Part shown: positions 27,367-40,163 of the stretch, piece by piece
Layout: the number at the start of each line of letters is the position of its first letter
Numbering within the stretch: position 1 is the stretch's first letter
Origin: Eledone cirrhosa
Taxonomy: Eukaryota
Reading direction: 5' to 3'
Assembly: GCA_964016885.1 (NCBI GenBank)
Contig: OZ024741.1
Location: 200,012,001-200,076,000, forward strand
Length of the DNA: 64,000 nucleotides
Made by a program: the position numbers and the translations under genes
The notes under the pieces: model-generated
What the model saw: the letters and a program-made list of their open reading frames with translations, nothing else
What the model was told of the DNA's origin: nothing
Databases searched by the model: none

Positions 27367-27790
27367 TAATATAAGATCAAAAGATGGTTAAAAGAGTTCC
27401 ATGTATTTTATTATGCACATTTCAAAAACAAATATCATCATGAGATGACATTTGCGTTTTCGTCAGATAAAACAGGGATACATGATATGAAGGTTAAAAA
27501 ACACTTGTGAATAGTGGAGTTCTAAATCAACATATGAAAAGTAATTTAAAATTGATGTGTGATATTGGGAAAAAAAGTGATATTTTCCCAATATTACACA
27601 TCAATCTTAAATTACTTTTCATATGTTGATTTAAAACTCCACTATTCACAAGTGTTTTTTAACCTTCATATCATGTATCCCTGTTTTATCTGACGAAAAC
27701 GCAAATGTCATCTCATGATGATATTTGTTTTTGAAATGCGCATAATAAAATACATGGAACTCTTTTAACCATCTTTTGATCTTATATTAT
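27367..27790. mobile_element. Near-perfect ~205-bp-arm hairpin element next to (TA)n
   Basis: The arms mirror around ~27578 (gggaaaa..ttttccc) with only a few mismatches. Confidence 0.95.
27684..27750 (+). ncRNA. Type I hammerhead ribozyme (mirror copy on the minus strand at ~27406-27472)
   Basis: UUUUAU-CUGACGA-AAACGCAAAUGUCAUC-UCAU-GAUGAUAUUUGUUUUU-GAAA-UGCGCA-UA-AUAAAA; palindromic loop 3 as in PLE minimal HHRs. Confidence 0.85.
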
Positions 27791-27829
27791 ATATATATAT
27801 ATATATATATGCATGTGTTTGATGGTTGA

Positions 27830-28008
27830 GAGAAAAGAGTACTCAATATCGAAGTAGAGTGTTAATATTCATTTTATTAAGACTAAATAGTGATGCTTGT
27901 TACTCTGGAGTTTCACCTGCTTATCACAGGCTCATCAGACTAATGACCCTGTAATTAACTGACGAAACTCCAGAGTAACAAGATTCTCTATTTAGCCTTA
28001 ATAAAATG
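27830..28008. mobile_element. Fold-back with head-to-head HHRs (cleaner copy on the minus strand, 27899-27940)
   Basis: Minus strand: GU-CUGAUGA-GCCUG-ugauaag-CAGGU-GAAA-CUCcaGAG-UA-AC. The plus copy has CUAAUGA..CGAAACUCCAGAGUAAC. Confidence 0.75.
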
Positions 28009-28167
28009 TATATATACATACATGTTAATATATTTTTATATAGTTAAAACAAATAAACTTTTTTGAAAAAATATTAAATAATTATAAAATATAAAATTGA
28101 GAAATAAATAATCATAAAAATGTATAACAAATTGATACAATCCTATTACATAATATTCTGGTAACTT

Positions 28168-28285
28168 GACTGTTTTGAGCCTATGGTTGTCATGGCAACA
28201 TGGGGACTGTTAGAGCCTATGGTTGTCATGGAAACGTGGAGACAGTTAGAGCATACGTGTGAACTGAAAGAGCTTATGGTTGTCA
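28168..28285. repeat. ~36-bp tandem repeat (2 full units + partial) containing X-box-like motifs
   Basis: GTTGTCATGGCAAC at 28186-28199 and GTTGTCATGGAAAC at 28222-28235. Confidence 0.7.
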
Positions 28286-28403
28286 TTACATGATGGCCAA
28301 ATATGTGTTAACAAGCTTTGTCATCATATTTGGTAGGAATGTGTCAATCTCTTGCAAATTTTAATTTTTAATAAATTTTTTAATTATATAAAAATTTAAC
28401 TAT

Positions 28404-28437
<34 letters not shown>

Positions 28438-28460
28438 GCATCTATATATATATATATACG

Positions 28461-30462
28461 TTTGATTAAAACAAAGGAGGCCGGACTGGTTATGTTCCTT
28501 TAAAGTTTTATTGTTGCAAAATCACTATATATATTTATCAATGGCCTGGTTATGTAACATCCTGGCGACATCATCAGGTGTGGATTGCATAATTAGTTAA
28601 TCAATAAAAGAATTACAGAGAAAGTTCAGAAAAAATACAGAAAAATATTTAATTCAGGGACGGCCTGTGATCTAGGTATTATCATTGTTGCAGACCATCC
28701 CTGAATAGCAAGCTAGTCAATGCAAAACATTATGGGTTTGTTAGGCTCGACCAGGGTGGGCGTGGGACTAATATGGTGGTGGCATATATCCTGTTTTTAT
28801 AGATACTACTATGCTGATGATAGCTACTCTGACCATAGTGACCAGGGTGGGGGGCTTAGTAATGCATAAAAATACAATGACCAAAACCAACTAAGTGTGA
28901 CGCTGAAGAACATCAGGTTACTGTAGATGTGGCGGTCAGGTTATAAAATGCTTTAAAAATATAATGAAAGTTGGGTGTTAAATAAATGAGCAAAAATGAA
29001 TTAGAAGAATAGATTATGTACAAATTACTTTAAGAAAAAATTATAAATTAAAATTAAAAGAAGGTTAAATTAGAAAACTGTGTAAATTAGGGGTAAGTTT
29101 AGATAAAGTATAGATATTTTCTAGCATGGCTTCAGCTCCTTGGCTGGAATACAAATAAATAAATAAAATGCACCCACACACACACAAGTGCACATATATA
29201 TGTATCTTAGTCTTAGATTCTTCCGCGCCGTTCAGCGCATCGAGCAGTAAGTACTCGCCAGCGGTCACGATCAGTGACAACTTTTTTGAGAACGTGCCAG
29301 GTGATGTTGACTGCCATCAGGTCCTTCCGGAATGTTCGTCACCAGGTGATCCCTGAGCAACCCTGCCTCCGTTTACCGCCAGGCGGAGTCCAGTTCATCG
29401 CTGTTTTCGAATGCCGTTCATTTGGCAGACGCAGAATATGGCCAGCCAGACGGCACCGACGCTCTGTGACCACTCTCTGTAGCGTCCACGACTCGGCTCT
29501 CCGCAGGATCTCCTCGTTTCGCACTTGGTCGCGCCAGGACACACGAAGGATCTTTCGCAGGCACCGCTGGTGAAAAACGTTCAGCCGTCTCTCTATTTTT
29601 GCCGTACTCTTCCAGGTCTCGCTCGCATAAAGCACTGTCGGCAGCACGATGCTCTTGTACAGACGGAGCTTGGTCTTGGTGCTAATGTATATATTATGCT
29701 ATTTATTGCCTATGTTTCATTAAAATAATAAATGTAGTTCTCACTTATAGGTTTGTATTGCAAAAATACTTTATCTAAACTTACCCCTAATTTACACAGT
29801 TTTCTAATTTAAACTTTCGTAATTTTTAATTTATACTTTTCTTAAGGTAGCTAGTACATAATCTGTTCTTCATAATTCATTTTTGTTCATTTAATTAACA
29901 CCCAACTTTCAATGAACTGGGTAATTGCTGGCCTTGTGCCTAAAGTAGAAACAATTATATTTTTTAAACGCTTTATAACATTTTTTTTTACATTTTAGAA
30001 ATTTATAACTGGATCTCCACATCTACAGTAATCTGATCTTCTTCACTGTCACACTTAGTTAGTTTGGGTTAGTGCATCTTCACACTAGACTATGCCCCCT
30101 CCTCTCCCAGTCACTATCGTCAGAATAGCTATCTATGGGATAGTAGTATCTATAAAAACAGTATGTATGTCCCCAATATACTAGCCCAACACCTACCAAA
30201 CCCACAATGGTTTGTATTCACCAGCCTCCCATTTGGGGATTGTCTACAATGATAATACCTAGATTGCAGGCCGTCCATGAATTAAATATTTCTTCTGTAT
30301 TTTTTCAATACTTTCTCTGTTTGTGTATGCCATAATTCCTTTATTGATTAACTAATTCTGTAATCTACACCTGATGATATTGCCAGGATCTAACATAACC
30401 AGGCCATTGAAATATATATAGTGTTTTTGCAACAATCCAGCCTCCTGTCATTTTAATCAAAC
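28461..30462. mobile_element. Large diverged fold-back (arms ~28461-29112 and ~29765-30462) with an HHR motif in each arm
   Basis: The arms are colinear in inverted orientation. + strand HHR at 30367-30424: ACAC-CUGAUGA..GAAA-UAUAUA-UA-GUGU; the mirror at ~28523-28581 has GAUAA in place of GAAA. Confidence 0.85.
29205..29683 (-). mobile_element. Young-looking 5'-truncated RTE LINE inside the fold-back spacer
   Basis: LPTVLYASETW..RLNVFHQRCLRKIL..RLAGHILR; CpG-rich; ends in (CTAAGA)2. Confidence 0.9.
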
Positions 30463-30776
30463 CAATATTTAACTCCATATCTGCACCAACAAAGGGATTC
30501 AATATGAACGTTGGACGAGTTGCATAATGTAGAGTGATTTTCCTCCTATTACATCATGGCTGACTAAACTGAATGACCAGTCCTATCCAGTAGTGAACCA
30601 CTATACATACATAAATCAATATATATATATATATTTATATATATATATCATATATATATATATATATATTGTTATACTTGTATACACACATACTTGTATA
30701 TGCGTAAACACACATACTTGTATATGTGTATACACACATACTTGTATACACATATACTTGTATACACACATACATG

Positions 30777-30822
<46 letters not shown>

Positions 30823-30850
30823 TATATATATATATATACATATATATATA

Positions 30851-30971
30851 TTTAATATAGATGAGATTCTACAGGACTAGAACTGTTTCATTCTTTAGAA
30901 ATCATCAGGATTCCTGATGATTTCTAAAGAATGAAACAGTTCTAGTCCTGTAGAATCTCATCTATATTAAA
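30851..30971. repeat. Perfect palindrome (60-bp arms, 1-nt spacer) of two head-to-head HHRs; the right arm continues to ~31035
   Basis: + strand HHR at 30909-30957: GAUUC-CUGAUGA-uuucuaaagaau-GAAA-CAG-uucuaguc-CUG-UA-GAAUC. Confidence 0.9.
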
Positions 30972-31036
30972 ACTTTTATACTCTGCAATGTATTGAGTAC
31001 CTTACTTAGTGTGGTTACCTCCGATTCAACCCGGAA

Positions 31037-31129
<93 letters not shown>

Positions 31130-31159
31130 ATATATATATATATATGTATATGTATACTG

Positions 31160-31928
31160 CAATATTTGGGAAGGTCATGTTGCCAAATAAAACACAATCA
31201 CCAGTTTAGTTTCACTTTTGTTTTATTATTATTTAGGTAATACGGCCCTTGCCATTCTGAGTTCAAATCCCGCTGAGGTTAACTTTGCCTTTCATCCTTA
31301 CGGGGTCAATAAAATAAAGTACCAGTAATGCACTGGGTAATTGCTGGCCTTGTGCCAAAAGTAGAAACAATTATTATTTAGGTAATTATTCCATTCCTGG
31401 TTTAATTTAGCAACATGGTCATTATTTAATTCTCAAAACTCTTTCATCACACATTCTCAATGACTATTAATGCTTTCTTTTTCTCCTTTTTTTTTCCTGA
31501 TCTTGTTATATTTACTCAATTTTGACAACATATACAAATTAAACAATCATCAGTTTACTAAAGTGATTGAGGAATAGATGAGTTACCTACCCAATAATTG
31601 TTTCTACTTTTAGCACAAGGCTAGCAATTATCCCAGTGCCTGACTGGTAATTTATTTTACTGACCCCATAAGGACGAAAGGCAAAGTTAACCTCAGCGAG
31701 ATTTGAACTCAAATCATAAAGGTCATAACTCTATTCTATAAAGCATGGTATCCGACCCTCTACCGATACTGCCAATCCACCGCCCTAATGATAATAAAAC
31801 TGAAGTCAAACTCAACAGGTGCATGTGTTATTTTATTGGCAACATGACCCTCCCAACATATAACAATATCTGTTTCAACACAAGATTTCATATCAAGAAT
31901 TTTGCAAAACAAATACAGAAACGAAGTG
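31160..31928. repeat. Fold-back of the 7471 family with a Meta-SINE in each arm (31240-31372 on +, 31594-31785 on -)
   Basis: GGGAAGGTCATGTTGCCAAATAAAACAC vs GTGTTATTTTATTGGCAACATGACCCTCCC; flanked by (TA)n. Confidence 0.8.
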
Positions 31929-31938
31929 AGTATATATA

Positions 31939-32021
<83 letters not shown>

Positions 32022-32065
32022 ATGTGTGTGTGTATATATATATATATGTGTGTGTGTATATATAC

Positions 32066-32103
<38 letters not shown>

Positions 32104-32139
32104 GTATATGTATATATATATACTTATATATACATATAT

Positions 32140-32218
<79 letters not shown>

Positions 32219-32331
32219 TATATGTATGTATATATATGTATATATAATTAATTATACATCAGCCTATAATGCTTTATATATAATTTAGAATTTTGCATAA
32301 ATCTTTACATCCATAAATGCATACTGACACA

Positions 32332-32421
<90 letters not shown>

Positions 32422-32530
32422 AATGACAGCTCATAATATGTGGTTAAAAAATTAACATGTTTAATATTATCAAGAAAAAGTGTTAAATTTCATTCAGTTC
32501 TTTCAGCATCATTTGATCTTTAACCAAAAA

Positions 32531-32645
32531 TCATTTGATGACAAGAAAATCTGAATGTTCAAGTTTTTTAATTTCAATTTCATTTTTGAACACACACCGC
32601 ACTATACGGGACTTTGGACTTCCAGTTTTCTTCAGCCAATCCTTC
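32531..32645 (-). CDS. ACYP: Acylphosphatase, last coding exon
   Basis: Acceptor cttttattccag, then G-AAG..: (L)KDWLKKTGSPKSRIVRCVFKNEIEIKKLEHSDFLVIK*, matching the ACYP C-terminus WL..GSP.SRI....F.NE..I.KL...F. Its phase is compatible with the 47910-48019 exon. Confidence 0.93.
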
Positions 32646-32999
32646 CTGGAATAAAAGAAACTGAAGTATAGATTGATAGGTTTATATTGCAATATTTGAT
32701 GGATGTTTAAAAATAACTATGATTTTATTTATCACAAGAATATCAAACCTTTAAAAAATACCACAGTATAATTCTCAATAATACAATTGAAATTAATAAA
32801 TAAAGAGTTTGCAGGGATCAAAATCATAATAATAATAATTGTTTCTACTTTTGGCACAAGGCCAGCAATTATCCCAGTGTATTACTGGTACTTTATTTTA
32901 TCGACCCTGTAAGAATGAAAGGCAAAGTTAATCTCGGCGGGATTTGAACTCAGAATGGCAATAATAATAATAATGAAATTATTGTGTACAGTGCTCAGG

Positions 33000-33560
33000 T
33001 GCACTACAACTCATGAAAGGTGCATGTATAGTAGATAGAATAATGTTCAAATGTCAGGAAAATGAACAGTGTATGAGTCATGAAATATATGTGCGCGTGA
33101 GTATGGAGGGGGATATCAGGTGTAGTGTTGGTGAATTTCAGGAAGCATGGAGGTTTTAAAGGATGCAGTGCCTCAACAGCTAACAACTGATGCAGGTACT
33201 TTGTTCCATGCTTCAGCAACTTTGTAGGCATGCCCACATGTGTTAGACATGGAAATCACAAAGGTGCGCAGGGTTGTTGTTTTGCAAGATGGTTAATAAT
33301 TTTGTGGGTGTAAACCAAGTCAGTTGCCAGACGTCGGAGCTTCAATGTTCCAAGCCCAGGGAAGCAAGGCGTTCAGAGTATGGTAGATGCCTGATGGAGG
33401 GTATTCACTTGGTTGCACGTCTCTGAACAGTTTCCAGGCGGTCAATATTCTGAGCAAGATAGGGATTCCAGACTGGTGAGGCAAACTCTAAGTGTGGTCG
33501 CACCATAGCTATACATAGTTTTAAATAGATAGCTGGAGAGCAGCTGACAAAGGTCTTATA
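33000..33560 (-). mobile_element. CR1-group LINE 3' fragment
   Basis: MVRPHLEFASPVWNPY..RLETVQRRATK followed by HLPYSERLASLG. Confidence 0.85.
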
Positions 33561-33653
33561 GACAATAATAAAAATATATACACAAAATATGTACACAGTC
33601 CTATATACACATAACTGATTTGATATCACCAGTGAAATGTTCTTTTAACTTAA

Positions 33654-33873
33654 CCTGTTGCCTGCTGCATATATTTTACACAATTACAGTTGCTGTGCCG
33701 GTTTTATTTTAGTAAAATGACTATTTTGATTGACAGACATCAATAAACTAGTAATCCGATCTAGCTTTGAAGTTATGAACTGTTGGAAACAAGTTCATAA
33801 CTTTGAATCTCGTCTATGGCACTGGAATGCATATAGGTTAGGATGAGTTATCTCGTCTGCTGCACTGAAGAGG
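33654..33873. mobile_element. piggyBac-like MITE
   Basis: TTAA-CCTGTTGCCTGC ... GCACTGAAGAGG-TTAA; imperfect TIRs. Confidence 0.4.
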
Positions 33874-34479
33874 TTAAAGATAGAAACATATATACACATA
33901 AACATACATACTTCCATCCATCCATCCATACATACATATATAGATATATATATGATGGCTGCCACCTCGTTATCGAGTGTGGCCATTGCACGAGGAAAAA
34001 AAAAAAAAATTAATAGATAAATAAAAAATAAAATAAAATAAAAAAAAGAAATATATATATATATATATATACACACATAGATATACATATATACACACAT
34101 ATATATATACATACACACATACATTAATAACAATAATAATAATAATAACAACAATAATAATATACATATACATATATATATATACACACATCCAGCTGTA
34201 GAAAACACACCAGACAGTCCACGCTGTAATGTGGCTGTGTAGGCAACACAGTAAAAACCTCCCAGCCCCACACTGTAAATGTGGTTGGTGTTAGGAAGGG
34301 CATCCAGCTGTAGAAAACCCGCCAGACAGTCCTATGCGAGCAAGACAAGCACTCTTGCCTCAAGTGGGAAAACCCCCGTCCATACCCATGCAAGCGTGGA
34401 ACATGGACGTTAAACGATGATGATGATGATGATGATGACACACATGCGCACACATAAACATATCTATACACACACACAC

Positions 34480-36830
34480 ACACGATAGCAACTAACAGCG
34501 CTGCGATCGAATGTGGCTTTTTAGCCCAGCCAATGATCTAAAATGTCTTGCACAGAGTCGGCAACCAAAACATTCACTAGGAAAACCGGCTGTGGTTGGA
34601 GTTCATGTACTTCTGCATGTCGTTTGAGCCCTCCTGCTGATTTACCACATGCTTGGCAAGCATGATGTACTCATCTCCAACAGCAGTCTGGTAGTCAACC
34701 ACTGGTCTTACTTTATGACTGCGAAGATGACTTTCGAGTCCAGCTTTGCTTAGGCAGAGTCTCGCACATGTCAGCACCATAGGAGGACCTTTGCCGCCTG
34801 GAAGTGCAACAGCAATGCCCTTCCTCACATCCCGCTTTACTTTCTCGTATGCGATTCGAGATGCCTCAAAGGCAACTTTTCCCTCATATACAGTCTTTCT
34901 CCATTTATTACGATCAGCAGCAATATTTTCCCATGTATCAGCAGAGATGTTAGCGTCTTTCAGAGAGGCTTTCAAGGAATCCTTATACCTCTTTTTTGGT
35001 TTATGTGGCGGTCGTTTTCCTTTAACCAACTCTCCATAAAAGAGTTGTTTTGGTATTCTAGAATCCTTCATCCTGGCAAGGTGACAACTCCAATGGAGTC
35101 GTTGCCTAAGCAAAAGAGCTTCTATACTGTCACACATAAAGCTTTCCAAAATCTCGACATTACTGATGTGGTCCCTCAAGTGAATGCCATGGATCTGTCT
35201 GAGACACATCTGATGGAAACGCTCCAATTGCTTAAGGTAGTGTTGATATGTGACCCAGGTCTCGCAGGCATAAAGAAGACAAGAGAGCACACATGCCTTG
35301 TAAACCTTTACCTTTGTCCTCCTGCATATGTCTCGCCGACCCCAGAGTCGCCTTTCTAGCTTTCCGAAAGCATCACTTGCTTTCCTAATCCTAAGTGAGA
35401 TTTCACTGTCAAGGTTGCCGTATCGATTGACAGTGCTTCCCAGGTAGACAAACTGATCAACCACTCCAAGTCGTTTACCATACACATAGATATTTGGTTC
35501 ACTGTACTGCTTACCAGGGGCAGGTTGGTACATGACGACGGTTTTCTTGAGACTGACAGTCAATCCTAGGGCAGTGCAAGCGTCAGAAAATGCATTCAAA
35601 ATGTGCTGCATATCACTCTCTGTGCGCTACAAGATCGCAATCATCTGCATACAAGAGGTCTCTTATGATTGATGTAAATACTTTTGTCTTTGCAGCAAAG
35701 CGCCTGATGTTAAATATGCTGCCTGAGGTTCGATATCGGATGTAAACACCCTGCTCGCAATTCCTGAATGCAATACAGAAAACCATTGCAAAGTATATGG
35801 CAAACAGGGTCGGTGCTGGAATATCCCCCTGTTTCACTCCATTTTTTACTGAGATAGGCTCCGACATGTTACCTCCGACATTAACCCAAGCCTTCATGTC
35901 ATCATGGAAAGACCTAACCAAAGCAAGGAACTTATCAGGGCAACCAACTTTCTGGAGAACCTTCCATAATGCATCTCTGTTAACAGTATCGAAAGCTTTT
36001 GTCAGATCGACAAAAACCTGATACAGATCCAAACCTTGTTCCATGCACTTCTCCTGGAGCTGTCTAGCTGAGAAGATCATATCAGTAGTGCCGTGTCCAG
36101 CACGAAAACCAGATTGACTTTCAGGAAGAACACAATCTGCAATGTGTGTCAGCAGACGGTCCAGAAGCACCCTACATAAAACTTTCCCTACGACAGAAAG
36201 CAATGATATACCTCTGTAGTTCCCACAATCATTCCTGTTACCCTTTCCCTTGTACAAGACCACCATTACTGCATCTCTCCAGTCCTCAGGTACGGATTCA
36301 TTAGCTCATATCCTGCCAAACAAAGAGTGAAGATGTTGAAGGAGTCTCTCACTACCATATTGTAGGAGCTCAGCATGTATGCCATCCATACCTGGAGACC
36401 TTCCACTGTTCAGCTTCGAGATAGCCACTGCAACCTCCATAAGCATCGGAGGTTCTGCGAGAGCTACTTTCACAGGACTTTCTGGAATGAGATTGAGGAA
36501 ATCTTCACTGATGACAGACGGCTGATTCAAAAGATCATCAAAGTGCTCTCGCCACCTTTGTAGAATTCCTTGTGAGCCACAAAGAAGTTCTTTGCCATCC
36601 TTGCTGCGAAGCGGTGTCACCAGAGAAGAAGACGGTCCATAAACCTCACGCAAGAGACTGTACAACAGCTTTGTGTTATTGGAATCTGACGTAGTTTGTA
36701 TCTCACCAGCCTTCTCACTCCACCACTGATCCTTCATCTGAGAAAGATTCCACCTAACACGTGATTTTACATCCTTGAGTTCCTCATGCAACGTATTCCT
36801 CTCCTGTGGTTTTGCCGTCAAGTAGCATGA
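34480..36830 (-). mobile_element. 5'-truncated RTE/BovB-like LINE, lightly decayed
   Basis: Long ORF pieces with NYRGISLL, FVDLTKAFDTV, GVKQGD, LLYADD, LLYACETW and a C-terminal C2H2-like CARLCLSKAGLESHLRSH. Confidence 0.95.
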
Positions 36831-37769
36831 CAGATATATATATACATACATACATACATACATACATAATGGCTGCAAACTATGCTAAGAGTATTGCAAT
36901 CACTTGTCAGATTATAGAAACTGGTTACGGCCAGTCACATGAATCTGCAACAGATCCTGAACATATCTTTCAGACAACTGAAGAGTTCTCTTGACATTTT
37001 GTTTAGCAAGTTTTCTATGGTTGGATGCTCTTCATATCACCAACCATTTTACAGAGTGTATTTAGGTGTATTTTATCATGTCATCCACACTGGAGAGGAT
37101 GGACTTCCTGCACCAACCACCTTACAGAGTTTACAGGGTATATTTGTGTGGTGATTGAAGTGTTCTCTAAACAATTTATGGCATAGATTCTATGGCTGGA
37201 AACCTCTGTTAACACTAATTACTTCACAGAGTGAACAGCTGCATTTTATTGTGGTACTAGCATGGAGGAGTTGCCTACCATTGGTTTGACTGAAGAGCCT
37301 CTCTACACTATGGTGGGAAGAGGAGGTATAAAGGATGATGAGTATGTCATGAGTAAATGACAATATGATGGAATAAGTGTGCGTGCATGTGTCTGGGAAT
37401 TTTTTATATGCACGTGCATGTTTGTGCACATGCATATATGCGTATGTTTTGTATGAGTGTATGTGAATATAGTTATGCATGAGGGTGTGTTTGTGTATAT
37501 CCACGTGGGTGTCTGTGACTTTTTTTGTATTGTTTGTGTGTATGTGAGTGTGCACACGTGTGTGTCTGTGAATTCTTTTGTGTGCATGTCTGTACACGCA
37601 AGTGTGTGCATGTGTTATGTTTATATATGGGTATGTGTGTGTATGTCTATGTATGAGCATGCGTATGTTTATGTGAATATACACATGTGTGATTGAATTT
37701 TTTAAAGTTTTTGTGTGAGTGTGTGTATGCATGTGTGTGAGTGTGGATTCTTCAGGCATCATCATCATC

Positions 37770-38236
37770 ATCATTCCATTTTACATCCGCTTTTTCCCTG
37801 CTTGCAAGGGTGGGATGGGAACTGATTCTGGCTTGATTTCTACAGTTGGATGCCCTTCCTAACACCAACCTCATTTACAGTGAGTGCTGGGTGCTTTTTT
37901 GCCGTGGCACCTACACGTCCACTTTGCAGTGGAATGATAGGGACCCCAGTCATATTACACAGCTACTCCAACATTCACACTACACTCCTTTACCACCAAC
38001 ACACACACATTGCCATCACAGCTTCCATCCCATACCACTTGTTCTTCGTGCACTACACCTAGCCCCTCACCCACTCCAAAACTTCTTCCTCCTCTCGCCA
38101 TTTCTACAGCTGAGTAAACTGGAGCAATGTGAAATAAAGTGTCTTGCACAAGGAAACAACACATCACCCAGTCTGAGAATTGAACTCACAACCTTTCGAT
38201 TGCAAGGCCAATGCTCTAACCACTAAGCCATGTGCC
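37770..38236 (-). mobile_element. tRNA/CORE SINE, long variant with ~150 bp extra internal segment
   Basis: Matches 11452-11788 except for ~37950-38098; that segment recurs inverted at ~38405-38560. Confidence 0.85.
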
Positions 38237-39479
38237 TACCTATACTTGCAAACATGCACACATACATATATTTACACCTCTACATACATGGGCTTGTACG
38301 AACACAATGAGCTTTTTGTGTGATAGCTGGTTCATGTATGTGACTGGTATTTCATAATGGCCCTGGTCTGTCATGGCCATTGTGGTCAGAGCTGGGCTAT
38401 CTCAGGAAATGGCGAGAAGAGGAAGAGGTTTTGGAGTGGGTGGGGGGCTAGGTGTAGTGCACGAAGAACAAATGGTATGGGATGGAAGCTGTGGTGGCAA
38501 TGTGTGTGTGTTGGTGGTAAAGGAGTGTAGTGTGAATGTTGGAGTAGCTGTGTAATATGGCTGGGTGTGATAGAATGTTTAGTTTGATAATTAGTAGTAT
38601 GGTTAGTTAATTGAATGTGTGTATTCGTCTATGATTATATTGGTTAATTGGTGTGAGAATAGTCTGTTAGTATAATTGATTAGTTAATTAGTACCTTTAG
38701 TAGGATTAAATGTGTATCAAGAGATATGTAAAATCTCAACTGCAGCGCTAAGCTTGTGTGTTCAGCAAGCCTATCAAGGGTGTAGTAATATTTGTAGGTC
38801 ACTAGTCTTCGTAGCGCTTTGGTTGAATTTATCTAGTAGTAAACTGGGCTGATGGAGAAATGGGGTGGGGTGGGGGTCAAAGAATGGTAAGTGTATCGGA
38901 CAGGCAAAAAGTGGGTTATATAGAAGTAAATGAGCAAATGGTTAAATAAATTAGTAAATAGGATCAAATAAGATCAGGAAGAATAAAAGGGTTTAAAAAT
39001 AGATAAAGTGGATATTAGCGGTAGGTAACCAGTCATAGGTTACACACAAGTACACTCAAGTATACTGGGAAGTTTTAGAAGGTTTTACATAAAAATTCAT
39101 GAATAAACGAATCAGTTATTATTTTAATGAAAGGAATTGGGTGAGGTAAAAATTTAGAGAGCAAATAAATAAGTAGGTGGAAAGAGTGGGTAAAGTATGC
39201 ACACACAGGCACAAGCACATTCATACATGCATATACATACCTGTGTCCACACATACATACACACATGCACATTGACATGCCTGCATGTACGCATGCATGC
39301 ACAGTCAAGTGCAAGCATATATATATATATACATACAAAAGGCTTGCTGAACACACAAACCGAAACCGCTTAGCACTGCAGTCGGGATTTTACATATTTC
39401 TATATTCACTCTACATCACTCCATGTATAGAATACTTCCATGATTAGTGGACTCCCTGGCCTCAGCACTGCAGACTCCC

Positions 39480-39558
<79 letters not shown>

Positions 39559-39797
39559 ATTGACAAGATCCCAGACCTCATTCACATAATGTGTGGGGTG
39601 GACCAAGGAAACAATGTTTCCATAGGTCTTTCCAATTGCTAATACTATCTGTTGGTTGCAACTCCAGGCAGAAGGAACAACATGAAATGAAGTGTCTTGC
39701 TCAAGGACACAATGCATCGTCCGGTCTGGGAATTAAAATCACAATCTCACGATTGTGAATCCAATTCTCTAACCACTCAGCCACACACCTTCACACC

Positions 39798-39844
<47 letters not shown>

Positions 39845-39973
39845 CTGTCTATAAAATTTGTTCTGCCTTTGTTACTCTAAATATAGTTTTTAAAGAATTC
39901 CCTTTTCTTTCAATCCATTAACCAATGACCTCCCCCCATCCCAATCACCACCCTATCCTACCACTAGAAAAGG

Positions 39974-40135
39974 TATAAATACCACCAAATTACTTGGACA
40001 GTCAGCTTTCTGATGATTTCTCCCAAATGGAACAGTTCTAGTCCTGTAGAAGCCATTTCTATATTAAATATGTATACTCTGCTATGTATTGAGTACCTTA
40101 CTTACTGTGGTTACCCCTGATTGAACCTGGGATAA
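39974..40135 (+). mobile_element. Pseudo-LTR copy of the 30911 family: TATA-like box, HHR (40005-40053), tail into (TA)n
   Basis: TATAAAT at 39974; GCUUU-CUGAUGA..GGAA-CAG-uucuaguc-CUG-UA-GAAGC (GAAA mutated); downstream tattgagtaccttactta is shared with ~30991. Confidence 0.75.
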
Positions 40136-40163
40136 ACTTATATATATATATATATATATATAT

